Source: Candidatus Omnitrophota bacterium (lineage in GTDB: Bacteria > Omnitrophota > Gorgyraeia > Gorgyraeales > Gorgyraeaceae). Taken from it: DNA of 64,000 nucleotides. The translations under genes and the position numbers were made by a program. Numbering within the stretch: position 1 is the stretch's first letter; each line of letters opens with the position of its first letter. Location of the stretch: NCBI GenBank assembly GCA_003485765.1, contig DNHS01000051.1, forward strand, positions 2,314-66,313. Direction: 5' to 3'. A model generated the notes under the pieces. It had not been told where the DNA came from. It made no database searches and worked only from the letters and a program-made list of their open reading frames with translations. Below are positions 40,204 through 50,182 of this stretch, piece by piece.

Positions 40204-40252
40204 TTATTACCTCTTTTCCAAGTATATATTATAACAAACCCGCCTTGTGCAG

Positions 40253-41962
40253 TCAACCCAAGTTTTTTAATTTCAACTTGCTAAAAATAGCGGTATTTAA
40301 TATGTCATTTTTCTCAAGCCACGCTCTCCTTGCCACTGCCACTCCAAATTTCATCATATTCAAATGTTCTGCAAGATGAGAATCTGTATTTATAACAATC
40401 TTTACGCCGGCTTCCTTTGCCATTCTGGAATTTATGTCATTCAGATCCAGCCTCTCGGGAAAACTATTTATCTCAAACGCCGTATTAGTATCTAAAGCTG
40501 CTTTAAAAACCTCTTTAAAATCCATATCATACGCATCTCTTGAGCCCCACAACCTGCCTGTAGGATGGGCGATTATGTTTACATATTTATTCTGGCATGC
40601 CTTTATAATACGCTTTGTAATAAAAGAGCTTGGCTGTTTAAAGCCTGTATGTATTGCGCCTATTACAATATCCATTCCCCGAAGCAAGCTATCTGGATAA
40701 TCCAGATTCCCATCTGAATCAATGTCAACCTCTGAGCCAAAAAGAATCTTTATGTCCCTATATTTTTTATTTAACTCATCTATCTCTTTTCTTTTAAGTT
40801 CTAGTTCATGCGTATTTAATCCGCCCGCTATCTTCAGACCTTGAGAATGATCGGTAATAGCTATATATTCATAACCCAGCTCCATGGACTTTATCACCAT
40901 CTCTTCCATAGAGTTCCCGCCATCAGACCATGTTGAATGCATGTGAAGGTCGCCTTTTATATCCTCTATCTTTACCAGATCCGGCAATGCGCCTTTAAGG
41001 CTCGCTTCAAATTCTCCTCTATCTTCTCTTAATTCAGGCTCTATATATGAAAGGCCGAGTGCTTTATACATCTCTTCTTCTGTCTTACCTGCTATTCTTC
41101 TTTCGGCCTTAAATATCCCGTATTCATTCAGTTTCAGGCCATGTTTAATCGCAAGCTGGCGAAGCTTTATATTATGCTCTTTGGAGCCTGTAAAATACAT
41201 TAAGCTAGCTCCGTAAGACGACTCGCCCACTACCCTCGCATCTACCTGTATATTGTCTTTTGTGCGGATTGATGATTTTGCAGGGCCTTTTGCAATTACA
41301 TCTTTTACATCCGCTAATGTTGTAAATGCATCCATTATTTTTTGAGGGTTGTTTGAAGAAATAAGAATATCTATATCCCTTACTGTGTCTTTCATCCTTC
41401 TCAGGCTTCCCGCAGGATTTATTCTTTTCACATCTTTTAATTTCTCAAGCTGGGCTACAAAACCTTCAGCCACTTCCGTTGCGATTTTTAAATCAAGCCT
41501 CTCCCTCGTTTTTTTAAAAAGCTCTATGCCGGCCAATATATTCTCTTCTGTCTTCTCTCCCATGCCTTCAAGATCCCTTATCTTTCCTGCATGCGCCATC
41601 CTCTCAAGCATGACTACATCCTGTATATCCAGTTTTTCATACAATAATTTTGCTGTCTTAGGCCCTATGCCGGGCACATTTAAAATCTCAATCAGGCCTT
41701 CGGGTATATCCTTTTTTAATTTCTCCAGATATTCAAGTTTTCCTGTAGATACAATCTCTTTTATCTTCTCCTCCAGATCCTTGCCTATGCCGGATATGTC
41801 TTTCAATTTATCTTCCTTTACAAAGGCCTCTATGTCATCCGGAAGCGACTCTATGTTCTGACTCGCCCTTTCATACGCGCGGATCCTGAAATGATTCTCT
41901 CCCTTAATTTCCAGAATCTCTGCAATATCCCTGAAAATCTTGGCAACGAGTTTATTTTTCAT
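40253..41962 (-). CDS. polX: DNA polymerase X with PHP domain
   Basis: AGSLRR..DIDIL, YFTGSKEHN, DLHMHS.WSDG. Confidence 0.95.
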   Translation of the reverse strand: MKNKLVAKIFRDIAEILEIKGENHFRIRAYERASQNIESLPDDIEAFVKEDKLKDISGIGKDLEEKIKEIVSTGKLEYLEKLKKDIPEGLIEILNVPGIGPKTAKLLYEKLDIQDVVMLERMAHAGKIRDLEGMGEKTEENILAGIELFKKTRERLDLKIATEVAEGFVAQLEKLKDVKRINPAGSLRRMKDTVRDIDILISSNNPQKIMDAFTTLADVKDVIAKGPAKSSIRTKDNIQVDARVVGESSYGASLMYFTGSKEHNIKLRQLAIKHGLKLNEYGIFKAERRIAGKTEEEMYKALGLSYIEPELREDRGEFEASLKGALPDLVKIEDIKGDLHMHSTWSDGGNSMEEMVIKSMELGYEYIAITDHSQGLKIAGGLNTHELELKRKEIDELNKKYRDIKILFGSEVDIDSDGNLDYPDSLLRGMDIVIGAIHTGFKQPSSFITKRIIKACQNKYVNIIAHPTGRLWGSRDAYDMDFKEVFKAALDTNTAFEINSFPERLDLNDINSRMAKEAGVKIVINTDSHLAEHLNMMKFGVAVARRAWLEKNDILNTAIFSKLKLKNLG

Positions 41963-42035
41963 AGTAAGATTATTTTACCATAGATTTTTTTATGTAGAAA
42001 GGATATAATGTCTTAAAATTAATAAGGAGAACATT

Positions 42036-43457
42036 ATGCTATTAAAATTCTTACGCAAACGTAAAAATATGAGGCGTATTATGTGGGCGCTGGCAATACT
42101 GATAATTCCTGCTTTTGTCATATGGGGAGCTGGCTCATCTGGTAAAGATAAAGGCAATAAGCCTGACTACGCAGGAAAACTCTTCGGCAAAAAGGTTTCC
42201 TATGAGGACTATCATGATATGTGGAATGTGTCAAGAGACTATGCTGTAAAGTCTTTCGGCAATAACGTGCCTGTGGAATTCATAGACCAGATGGCGTGGA
42301 GCCGCATAATACTAATAGAGGAAGCAAAAAGGCAAAACCTCCGCGCGACTGACCGGGAGGTTGTAGAAAAAATAACCTCTTTCCCTGCATTTCAAAGAAA
42401 CGGTTCTTTTGACAAAAGGCTTTACAAATCAATGCTCCAGGATACAGCCAGGTCCTTTGAAGAAAAATTAAGAGACGACCTCTTGATATCTAAACTAAAA
42501 GATAAAATCACGTCTGACATTAAGGTAAATGACGAAGACGTTAAAAATGAATATAAGAAAAAGTTTGAAAAGATAAAATCCGCTTATGCGCTTATACCTT
42601 TTATCGACTCTGAAAAAGATGCGCAATATGATGATTCTTCCTTGGAAAATTTCTACGAGCAGAATAAGCAGGCTTTCGAAAAGGACGAACAGATCAATAT
42701 AAAATATATAGAAATCCTGCTTTCTAACCCAAACGCTGAAGAGCTAGCTTATAAAGTTTTAGACCAGGTAAACACAAAAAAGAATTTAGAAGAACCTGCC
42801 AGAGTTAATTCGCTGGAAATAAAGGAAACTGGGTTCTTCTCAGCTAATGAAGAAATACCTGATATAGGCTGGTCTTATGATTTCGCTAAGAGAGGCTTTG
42901 AACTGCAGAAAAACGAGATAAACCGCATACTGGTAAAAACAGATAAAGGCTTATACATTATACAACTGAAAGAAAAAAAAGATCCCTATATCCCTGATTA
43001 TACGGAAGCTAAAGACATTGTTAAAAAGGAATTTATAAAAGAAGAATCCATTAAGTTATCCCAGAAAAAATCAGAGGCTATATACTTGGATATAGCCAAT
43101 GGCATTAAAACTAATGAAACGTTTGAAAGCGTTGTAAAAAAATACGGCCTTCAGGTAAAGCAAACTGATTTCATAGCCAGGGATGGCTATATACCTGAAA
43201 TAGGGCCTGCCAAGGAATTTATAGACATTGCTTCCTCTATAAAAATAGGCTCTATCTCAAAGCCTTTAAAAACCCTTCAGGGCTGGGTTATACTAGAGCC
43301 TCTTGAATTTAAGAGTATAGACGAGGTAAAATTCATAGAAGAAAAAGATAAATTCAAAGAAAATCTTCTTGCTAATAGGAAAGAGGAAGAATTTAACAAA
43401 TATTTTCAGGATCTGAAAACAAAGGCTGATTTTGTAAGCTACACCGAAAAGCGGTAA
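42036..43457 (+). CDS. SurA N-terminal / PpiD-like periplasmic chaperone
   Basis: N-terminal TM, FQRNGSFD..Y, rotamase-like segments. Confidence 0.82.
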   Translation: MLLKFLRKRKNMRRIMWALAILIIPAFVIWGAGSSGKDKGNKPDYAGKLFGKKVSYEDYHDMWNVSRDYAVKSFGNNVPVEFIDQMAWSRIILIEEAKRQNLRATDREVVEKITSFPAFQRNGSFDKRLYKSMLQDTARSFEEKLRDDLLISKLKDKITSDIKVNDEDVKNEYKKKFEKIKSAYALIPFIDSEKDAQYDDSSLENFYEQNKQAFEKDEQINIKYIEILLSNPNAEELAYKVLDQVNTKKNLEEPARVNSLEIKETGFFSANEEIPDIGWSYDFAKRGFELQKNEINRILVKTDKGLYIIQLKEKKDPYIPDYTEAKDIVKKEFIKEESIKLSQKKSEAIYLDIANGIKTNETFESVVKKYGLQVKQTDFIARDGYIPEIGPAKEFIDIASSIKIGSISKPLKTLQGWVILEPLEFKSIDEVKFIEEKDKFKENLLANRKEEEFNKYFQDLKTKADFVSYTEKR

Positions 43458-43458
43458 T

Positions 43459-43917
43459 CTATTTAGTGTGATTTAACAGGTCCTTCAGCTCTTTCATGAA
43501 TTGATTAATATCCTTAAACTGGCGGTACACAGAAGCAAATCTCACGTAGGCAACCTCGTCAAGCTTATAGAGAAGCTCCATTAATAATTCGCCCACTTCT
43601 CTGGATGGCGCTTCTTTTTCAAATTTACTCTGGAGAGTGTATTCAATTTTATCTGCCAGCGCTTCAAGCTGTTCTGTGCTTATGGGCCTTTTTTCGCACG
43701 CCTTTGTAAGCCCGTTTAATATCTTTTTCCTGTCAAACGGCTCTCGTCTTCCGTCTTTTTTTATAACTATTAAAGTAGTTTCTTCTATGTTTTCATATGT
43801 CGTAAAGCGCCTCTGGCAATTAAGGCACTCTCTCCGCCTTCTTATCGAACGGCCTTCTTCGCTGGACCTGGAATCAATAACCTTGTCTTCATTATGTCCG
43901 CAGAATGGGCATTTCAT
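43459..43917 (-). CDS. nrdR: Transcriptional repressor NrdR
   Basis: [20 protein letters not shown] cone, AYVRFASVY. Confidence 0.97.
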   Translation of the reverse strand: MKCPFCGHNEDKVIDSRSSEEGRSIRRRRECLNCQRRFTTYENIEETTLIVIKKDGRREPFDRKKILNGLTKACEKRPISTEQLEALADKIEYTLQSKFEKEAPSREVGELLMELLYKLDEVAYVRFASVYRQFKDINQFMKELKDLLNHTK

Positions 43918-43931
43918 AAATGTCTCCTTGT

Positions 43932-45188
43932 TTAGATTTTGTTCAGTTCAGGATAAAGAGGAAATTTCTTTATTAACTTCTCCACATCTTTTTTGCATTC
44001 ATCTAACTTATCATGGCAATCTCTATATTTAATGGCATTATTAATAATCTGGGCTATCTTCTCCATATCTTTTTCATTCATACCTCTTGTAGTAACCGCG
44101 GGCGTGCCAAGCCTTATGCCGCTTGTAAGTGTAGAGGGATTCTTGTCAAAAGGTATAAGGTTTTTATTTACTGTTATGTGAATCCTGTCCAGAATTTCGC
44201 TCGCAACTCTCCCTGTGATATTTTTTGAAGTGAGATCAACCAGAAATAAATGGTTATCAGTCCCTCCTGAAACTATCCTGTAGCCTGATTTATTTAATGC
44301 GCTCGCAAGAGACCTTGCATTTTTTATAACCTGCGCCTGATATTGCCTGAATTCTTTTGTGTCTGCCTCTTTAAGCGCAATCGCCTTACTGGCTATTATA
44401 TGCATCAAAGGCCCGCCCTGTTCGCCTGGAAAAACTTCTATGTCTATCTTTTTAGCGAACTCCTGTTTACAGAGTATCATACCGCCGCGCGGCCCTCTCA
44501 GTGTCTTGTGAGTTGTAGTGCTAACTACATGAGCGTATTCAACCGGGTTAGGGTGCAGCCCTGCTGCTACAAGGCCTGCTATGTGAGCCATGTCCACGAA
44601 AAGATATGCCCCTACTTTATCCGCTATTCCCCTGAATTTTTTGAAATCTATCACGCGCGAATAAGCAGACGCTCCTGCAAGTATCATCCTCGGTTTATGT
44701 CTTTTTGCCAATGATTCTATCTCGTCATAATCCAGCATCTCTGTATCTTTATTGAGCCCATACGAAACTACATTAAAGAACCTTCCTGAAAAATTATGCT
44801 TAAGCCCATGCGTGAGATGCCCCCCGCAGGCAAGGTCCATTGCCAGGACTGTGTCGCCCGGCTCTAGCAGAGCAAAATACACAGCCATATTTGCCTGGCT
44901 TCCTGAGTGCGGCTGAACATTTACATGTTCTGCTCCGAATATCTTCTTGGCCCTTTCTATAGCAAGGCTTTCAACATCATCCACATGTTCGCATCCGCCA
45001 TACCACCTTTTGGAAAGATACCCTTCTGCGTATTTATTTGTCAATACAGACCCTGCTGCTTCCAGGACAGCGAGGCTGGTAAAATTCTCGCTTGCAATAA
45101 GCTCTATATTATTCTGCTGCCGCTTAAGTTCTTTGCGTATTAAATTATAAATTTCAGGGTCTACTTTTCTTAATGCCTTCATATTCAA
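43932..45188 (-). CDS. glyA: Serine hydroxymethyltransferase
   Basis: [21 protein letters not shown]. Confidence 0.97.
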   Translation of the reverse strand: MNMKALRKVDPEIYNLIRKELKRQQNNIELIASENFTSLAVLEAAGSVLTNKYAEGYLSKRWYGGCEHVDDVESLAIERAKKIFGAEHVNVQPHSGSQANMAVYFALLEPGDTVLAMDLACGGHLTHGLKHNFSGRFFNVVSYGLNKDTEMLDYDEIESLAKRHKPRMILAGASAYSRVIDFKKFRGIADKVGAYLFVDMAHIAGLVAAGLHPNPVEYAHVVSTTTHKTLRGPRGGMILCKQEFAKKIDIEVFPGEQGGPLMHIIASKAIALKEADTKEFRQYQAQVIKNARSLASALNKSGYRIVSGGTDNHLFLVDLTSKNITGRVASEILDRIHITVNKNLIPFDKNPSTLTSGIRLGTPAVTTRGMNEKDMEKIAQIINNAIKYRDCHDKLDECKKDVEKLIKKFPLYPELNKI

Positions 45189-45624
45189 AGCCCTCTATTT
45201 TTTTGATCTGACTCACTCTCCTGGCGTGTCTATCGCCAAGATGTTTTGCCATAAGCCACGCCTCTAAAATCTTTTTTGCTTTGCTAGGTGTAACTATATT
45301 TGCCGCAAATACAAGGATATTGCTGTCATTATGCTCTTTGCTTGAACGGGCAATATCCGGCCTGTCGCATAATGCAGCCCTGACGCCTTTTACCTTATTC
45401 GCAACCATTGACATGCCTATCCCGGTTTTACAGATAAGTATTCCTCTGGGGTAAGTTTTGGCTGCAACAAGTTTTGCCACTTCATAACCTATCACAGGGT
45501 AATCGCAAGCTTCCTCTGAAAAAGTCCCCATGTCTTTCACTGCGTGGCCTTTTGCCTTTAGAAATTTTATAAGTGCCTCTTTTAATTTAAATCCGCCATG
45601 GTCTGCCCCGATTACTATCCTCAT
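45154..45624 (-). CDS. rpiB: Ribose-5-phosphate isomerase B
   Basis: GADHGGF, ICKTGIG, RHARRV. Confidence 0.93.
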   Translation of the reverse strand: MRIVIGADHGGFKLKEALIKFLKAKGHAVKDMGTFSEEACDYPVIGYEVAKLVAAKTYPRGILICKTGIGMSMVANKVKGVRAALCDRPDIARSSKEHNDSNILVFAANIVTPSKAKKILEAWLMAKHLGDRHARRVSQIKKIEGFEYEGIKKSRP

Positions 45625-46674
45625 CTATTTCTTCTCCTCTTTAAATATCTCCAGAAATATATTACTAACCTCTTCTTTTATAACACCAAGGATATTTTTA
45701 TATTCTTCTAAAGACCTTCCTATAGGGTCAGGTATATCCTGGCCTTCTTTAAGAAGCCTTACCCGGTCTTTGATTTCAGGCATCAGATTTATCATAACAT
45801 CTCTATGAAATTTTTCCATCACAAATACAATATCTGATCTTTTCAAAATGTCCTTATTGATATTCTTGCTTATATGCCTTGAAACATCTACGCCTTCTTC
45901 TTTCATAACAGAAATTGTGTTAGGGGCTGCTCCTATACCGGCAAATGTTGAAGTCCCTGCAGAATCAATATGCACCTTTTCAGAAAGGTTTGCTTCATTT
46001 ACAAACTTTTCCATTAACCCTTTTGCCATCACGCTCCTGCAGCTATTTCCAGTACATACAAAAAGTAATACGTAATCTGTTAACGCCTCTTTAGCGGGTA
46101 TGGCTCCCTGCCTCAATATCTTAAAAGGCTTTTCTGTTACATCCATAACAGTTGACTCTATGCCTATCCTTGCCCTTCCGCCATCCAGTATTATATCCAC
46201 ATGGCCGTCCATCTCTAAAAGGACTTCTCCAATTGAAACAGGCGGTTTATTTCCTGACAGATTAGCGCTGGGCGCAACCACGCTCACTCCTGCTTTTTTT
46301 ATCAATGAAACTGCAATCCTATTATCAGGCATGCGAAGGCCTATCTTTTCTTTTTTATCATTGAGCGCTACCAATGTCAACGGCCCTGGCCAGAATCTTT
46401 TAGCAACCCTCTCCGCGTCTTTTGAAAGAACAATCCCTAACTGCTTTAATGAATCAAAATCAGCTATATGGACGCTGAATGGCTTGTCCTTTGGCCTTTT
46501 TTTTATTTCATACAGCCTGTCTATGGTGTCTTTATTAAGAATATTCGCAGCTATGCCATAAACTGTTTCAGTAGGGAATACTACCAGGCCTCCGTTTTTT
46601 AAGACCTCGGCTGCTTCATTAATAAGCCTCTCTTCTGGAAAATTTGGATTCAGCTTTATAACTTTTGTTTTCAT
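45625..46674 (-). CDS. tsaC: Threonylcarbamoyl-AMP synthase (TsaC/Sua5) fused to LMW protein phosphatase
   Basis: FPTETVYG, PSANLSG; C-terminal FVCTGNSCRS...DIPDPIG. Confidence 0.9.
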   Translation of the reverse strand: MKTKVIKLNPNFPEERLINEAAEVLKNGGLVVFPTETVYGIAANILNKDTIDRLYEIKKRPKDKPFSVHIADFDSLKQLGIVLSKDAERVAKRFWPGPLTLVALNDKKEKIGLRMPDNRIAVSLIKKAGVSVVAPSANLSGNKPPVSIGEVLLEMDGHVDIILDGGRARIGIESTVMDVTEKPFKILRQGAIPAKEALTDYVLLFVCTGNSCRSVMAKGLMEKFVNEANLSEKVHIDSAGTSTFAGIGAAPNTISVMKEEGVDVSRHISKNINKDILKRSDIVFVMEKFHRDVMINLMPEIKDRVRLLKEGQDIPDPIGRSLEEYKNILGVIKEEVSNIFLEIFKEEKK

Positions 46675-46676
46675 TA

Positions 46677-47099
46677 TTATTTAAATGCTTTTAATATTCT
46701 TACTGCGAATATAGCAGCGTTTTTAGCGCCTGCTTTACCTATAGCCATACAAGCAACAGGAACGCCTCCGGGCATCTGGACTGTTGATAAAAGTGAGTCT
46801 AAGCCTTGCAATGATTTGGTTTCTATTGGCACGCCTATAACAGGCAAACTAGTATGAGAACTTACAACGCCGGCTAGAGCTGCAGCCATCCCAGCCCCGC
46901 ATATTAGAATCTTTATGCCTCTTTTCTCTGCTATCTTAGTGTATTTACGCACTGCGTCAGGATTCCTGTGCGCTGAAAGCACATTTATCTCATAAGGAAT
47001 TTTATTTTCTTTCAATATCTTTTCTGTCTCAACCATTGTCTCAGCGTCTGAAGCGCTTCCCATCAATATCCCTACCAAAATTTTCTTGTTTTTAACCAT
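46677..47099 (-). CDS. purE: N5-CAIR mutase
   Basis: [19 protein letters not shown]. Confidence 0.95.
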   Translation of the reverse strand: MVKNKKILVGILMGSASDAETMVETEKILKENKIPYEINVLSAHRNPDAVRKYTKIAEKRGIKILICGAGMAAALAGVVSSHTSLPVIGVPIETKSLQGLDSLLSTVQMPGGVPVACMAIGKAGAKNAAIFAVRILKAFK

Positions 47100-47109
47100 G
47101 CCCCCTCCC

Positions 47110-47150
47110 AACAACTTTACAAATTAACAATGTTAGTTTGTAAAGTTGTT
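47110..47150. repeat. 41-bp palindrome family, copy B (overlaps purD 3' end)
   Basis: AACAACTTTACAAATTAACAATGTTAGTTTGTAAAGTTGTT. Confidence 0.9.
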
Positions 47151-48418
47151 TGCTTGATTGCTCTATCGCCAATGTCTTTTCTATATTGCATACCTTCGAA
47201 TTTTATATGCTCTATTGCCTTATACGCATTGAGTTTAGCTGATTTAATATCCTTCCCAAGGCTCGTTACCCCAAGCACCCTGCCGCCATTTGTAAGGATC
47301 TTTCCGTTTTCATTCTTTGTGCCTGCGTGGAATACAATTATATCTTTTATTTTTTTTGCCTCTTCCAGCCCGAATATCTCTTTATTTTTTTCATACTCAT
47401 CCGGATATCCTTTTGAAGCGCATACCACGGATATACAGGGAGATTTATCCCATTTAACATCTATTTTATCAAGCGTTCCATCTACGCAGGCCATCATAAT
47501 ATCCGCAAGATCTGATTTTAATCTCGGCAATATCGCCTGCGTCTCAGGATCCCCGAACCTCACATTAAATTCTAAAACCATAGGCCCATTTTTAGTTATC
47601 ATTAAACCTGCGTATAAAACGCCTTTATAAACTTTGCCCTCTTTTTTAAGGCCTTCTACCACAGGCCTGAAAACATTTTTTATAATTTCTTCCAGCATAT
47701 CTTTTGTAACTACAGGCGCAGGCGAATAAGCCCCCATGCCGCCTGTATTAGGGCCCTTATCTTTGTCAAAAATCCTTTTATGGTCCTGGGAGGATTCTAA
47801 AGGCACGATGGTTTTCCCATCTGTAAAAACCAGCATAGAAGCCTCTTCGCCTTCCAGGCAATCTTCCAGAATGATTCTATTTCCGCTATCTCCAAAAATC
47901 CTTTCTACCATTATAGAATCTATTACCTTTAATCCTTCTTCTATTGTCTTTGGTATTATCACGCCTTTACCGGCTGCCAGGCCGTCTGCTTTTATTACAA
48001 TGGGTATACCTTTTTCATTCAAATATTTTTTTGCGCCGTTAGAATTATCGAAAACCTTAAATCCCGCCGTAGCTAGGCCGAACTTTTTCATTACATTTTT
48101 AGAAAAAACTTTACTGCCTTCTAACATTGCAACGTCTTTAAAAGGCCCGAATGCCTTTAATCCGTTTTCATTGAAGATATCCACTATGCCTTTTACTAAA
48201 GGCGCTTCCGGGCCTACCACAGTCAAATCTATCTTATTATTTTTTGCGAAATCTAAAAGCTTGGGAACATCATCTGGTTTTACATCAACTAATTCCGCAA
48301 TCTCTTTTATACCGCTATTTCCAGGAGCGCAGAATATCTTTTTCACTTTTTTACTCTGGGATAATTTCCACACTATAGCATGTTCCCTTCCCCCAGAGCC
48401 GATAACCAAGATTTTCAT
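47117..48418 (-). CDS. purD: Phosphoribosylamine-glycine ligase
   Basis: [31 protein letters not shown]. Confidence 0.97.
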   Translation of the reverse strand: MKILVIGSGGREHAIVWKLSQSKKVKKIFCAPGNSGIKEIAELVDVKPDDVPKLLDFAKNNKIDLTVVGPEAPLVKGIVDIFNENGLKAFGPFKDVAMLEGSKVFSKNVMKKFGLATAGFKVFDNSNGAKKYLNEKGIPIVIKADGLAAGKGVIIPKTIEEGLKVIDSIMVERIFGDSGNRIILEDCLEGEEASMLVFTDGKTIVPLESSQDHKRIFDKDKGPNTGGMGAYSPAPVVTKDMLEEIIKNVFRPVVEGLKKEGKVYKGVLYAGLMITKNGPMVLEFNVRFGDPETQAILPRLKSDLADIMMACVDGTLDKIDVKWDKSPCISVVCASKGYPDEYEKNKEIFGLEEAKKIKDIIVFHAGTKNENGKILTNGGRVLGVTSLGKDIKSAKLNAYKAIEHIKFEGMQYRKDIGDRAIKQTTLQTNIVNL

Positions 48419-49404
48419 ATTATAACTTCTCCATTGCCTTTGATAATCTCGCCGATAGTCCAGGATTTTAATCTAAATTTTTTTATTACCTCATGCACTT
48501 TTTTAACGTCAGATTTGCTGACAACTATCACCATGCCTATCCCCATATTGAATGTCCTGTACATCTCTTCGTAGCTGATCCCAGCCCTTTTTTGAATGAC
48601 TCTGAATATCTGAGGGACTTGCCATAGTTCTTTATATATCAGAACGGATTTGTCGCTCGGCACAACCCTTGGAATATTATCATAGAAGCCTCCGCCTGTA
48701 ATATGCGCAATGGATTTTATTTTGACCTTCTCCATTAATTTTAAAATCGTCTTTACATAAATTATTGTCGGGGTCAAAAGGATCCTGCCGAATTTTCCTT
48801 TTAATTCGCTTTTAGAAAATAATTTTCTTATTAAACTAAAACCGTTTGAATGGGGCCCGCTTGAGCCTATGCCTATCACTATATCGCCTGCATTTACAGA
48901 CGACCCATCTATTATTTTGGTTTTTTCAACTATACCCACTGAAAATCCCGCCAGATCATATTCTTCGCCATTATACATGCTGGGCATCTCTGCGGTTTCT
49001 CCTCCCACAAGAGCGCACCCAGCCTGCCTGCACCCTTTCACTATACCTTTCATTATATCCACAGCCTTTTTACTATTCAATTTTCCTGTTGCAAAATAAT
49101 CCAGGAATAGAAGCGGCTCTGCGCCTGTAACCACTATATCGTTCACAGACATTGCCACAAGATCTATGCCTATTGTGTCGTGCTTATTCAGGCTATCGGC
49201 AATTTTTAATTTTGTGCCTACCCCGTCAGTGGAAGATACAAGGATAGGCTCTTTATATTTTTTTGGGATACTCGTAAGAGCGCTGAATCCTCCTATGCCG
49301 CATATAACCTCTTTGCGTCTTGTAGTTTTGGCCATGCGGCCAATATTCTTTACAAAATCATTTGCCCTATCTATATTTACTCCTGAGCGTTTATAATCAA
49401 TCAT
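48415..49404 (-). CDS. purM: AIR synthetase
   Basis: TDGVGTK, GGETAEMP, TFNMGIG. Confidence 0.97.
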   Translation of the reverse strand: MIDYKRSGVNIDRANDFVKNIGRMAKTTRRKEVICGIGGFSALTSIPKKYKEPILVSSTDGVGTKLKIADSLNKHDTIGIDLVAMSVNDIVVTGAEPLLFLDYFATGKLNSKKAVDIMKGIVKGCRQAGCALVGGETAEMPSMYNGEEYDLAGFSVGIVEKTKIIDGSSVNAGDIVIGIGSSGPHSNGFSLIRKLFSKSELKGKFGRILLTPTIIYVKTILKLMEKVKIKSIAHITGGGFYDNIPRVVPSDKSVLIYKELWQVPQIFRVIQKRAGISYEEMYRTFNMGIGMVIVVSKSDVKKVHEVIKKFRLKSWTIGEIIKGNGEVII

Positions 49405-50171
49405 AGCTTCTCCTTTATATAATCCACGCCATTTTTAAAAATCATAAAGCCGTCGCCGCGCTCTTTTAAGCCTTCGCGGGTCCATCTGGGATGCTGCGTG
49501 CCAAGGACATGCCTTTCAGGATGTGGCATCATGCCCAGGACCCTGCCTGTTGTATCGCATATTCCTGCAATATCATCTATTGAGCCATTGGGGTTATCAA
49601 CATACTTGAAAACGATTTGTCTATTTTTTCTTAACTGATTTAAAACATCATTATCTCTTGGTATAAATTTTCCTTCTCCATGCGCAATCGGAAGATATAT
49701 AGTTTCTGGAAGATTTTTTGCCCAAACACATTTATTAACTCGCCCCTCGACTTCGCTCGGGACTCGTAATAATGTCCATTTATCGATGAAACTCCCGGAA
49801 TCATTAAAACTAAGAGTTGATTCTATTGTCCCGCTGTTTATACCGGGTAAAATCCCTGCTTTTACAAGCGCCTGAAAACCATTGCATATCCCTATCACAA
49901 GCTTTCCGCTATTTATAAAATTTTTAAGGTCTGCGTTGAGTTTATATTTAATTTCATTTGCAAGGATCTTGCCTGATGCAATATCGTCCCCGTATGTAAA
50001 CCCCCCAGGAATGGCTAGTATCTGAAAATTCTTTAAAAATTTTTCATCCCTTGCCAATTCATTTATATGCACAAGTTCCGAGTCAGCGCCTGCCATTTTA
50101 AACGCAGCATGGGTTTCATTATCGCAATTTGTTCCTGCGGTCCTTAAAACTATAACCTTTGGTTTTTTCAT
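49401..50171 (-). CDS. purQ: FGAM synthase glutaminase subunit
   Basis: GGFTYGD, GICNGFQ, MMPHPER. Confidence 0.95.
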   Translation of the reverse strand: MKKPKVIVLRTAGTNCDNETHAAFKMAGADSELVHINELARDEKFLKNFQILAIPGGFTYGDDIASGKILANEIKYKLNADLKNFINSGKLVIGICNGFQALVKAGILPGINSGTIESTLSFNDSGSFIDKWTLLRVPSEVEGRVNKCVWAKNLPETIYLPIAHGEGKFIPRDNDVLNQLRKNRQIVFKYVDNPNGSIDDIAGICDTTGRVLGMMPHPERHVLGTQHPRWTREGLKERGDGFMIFKNGVDYIKEKL

Positions 50172-50182
50172 AAGATGTATAG

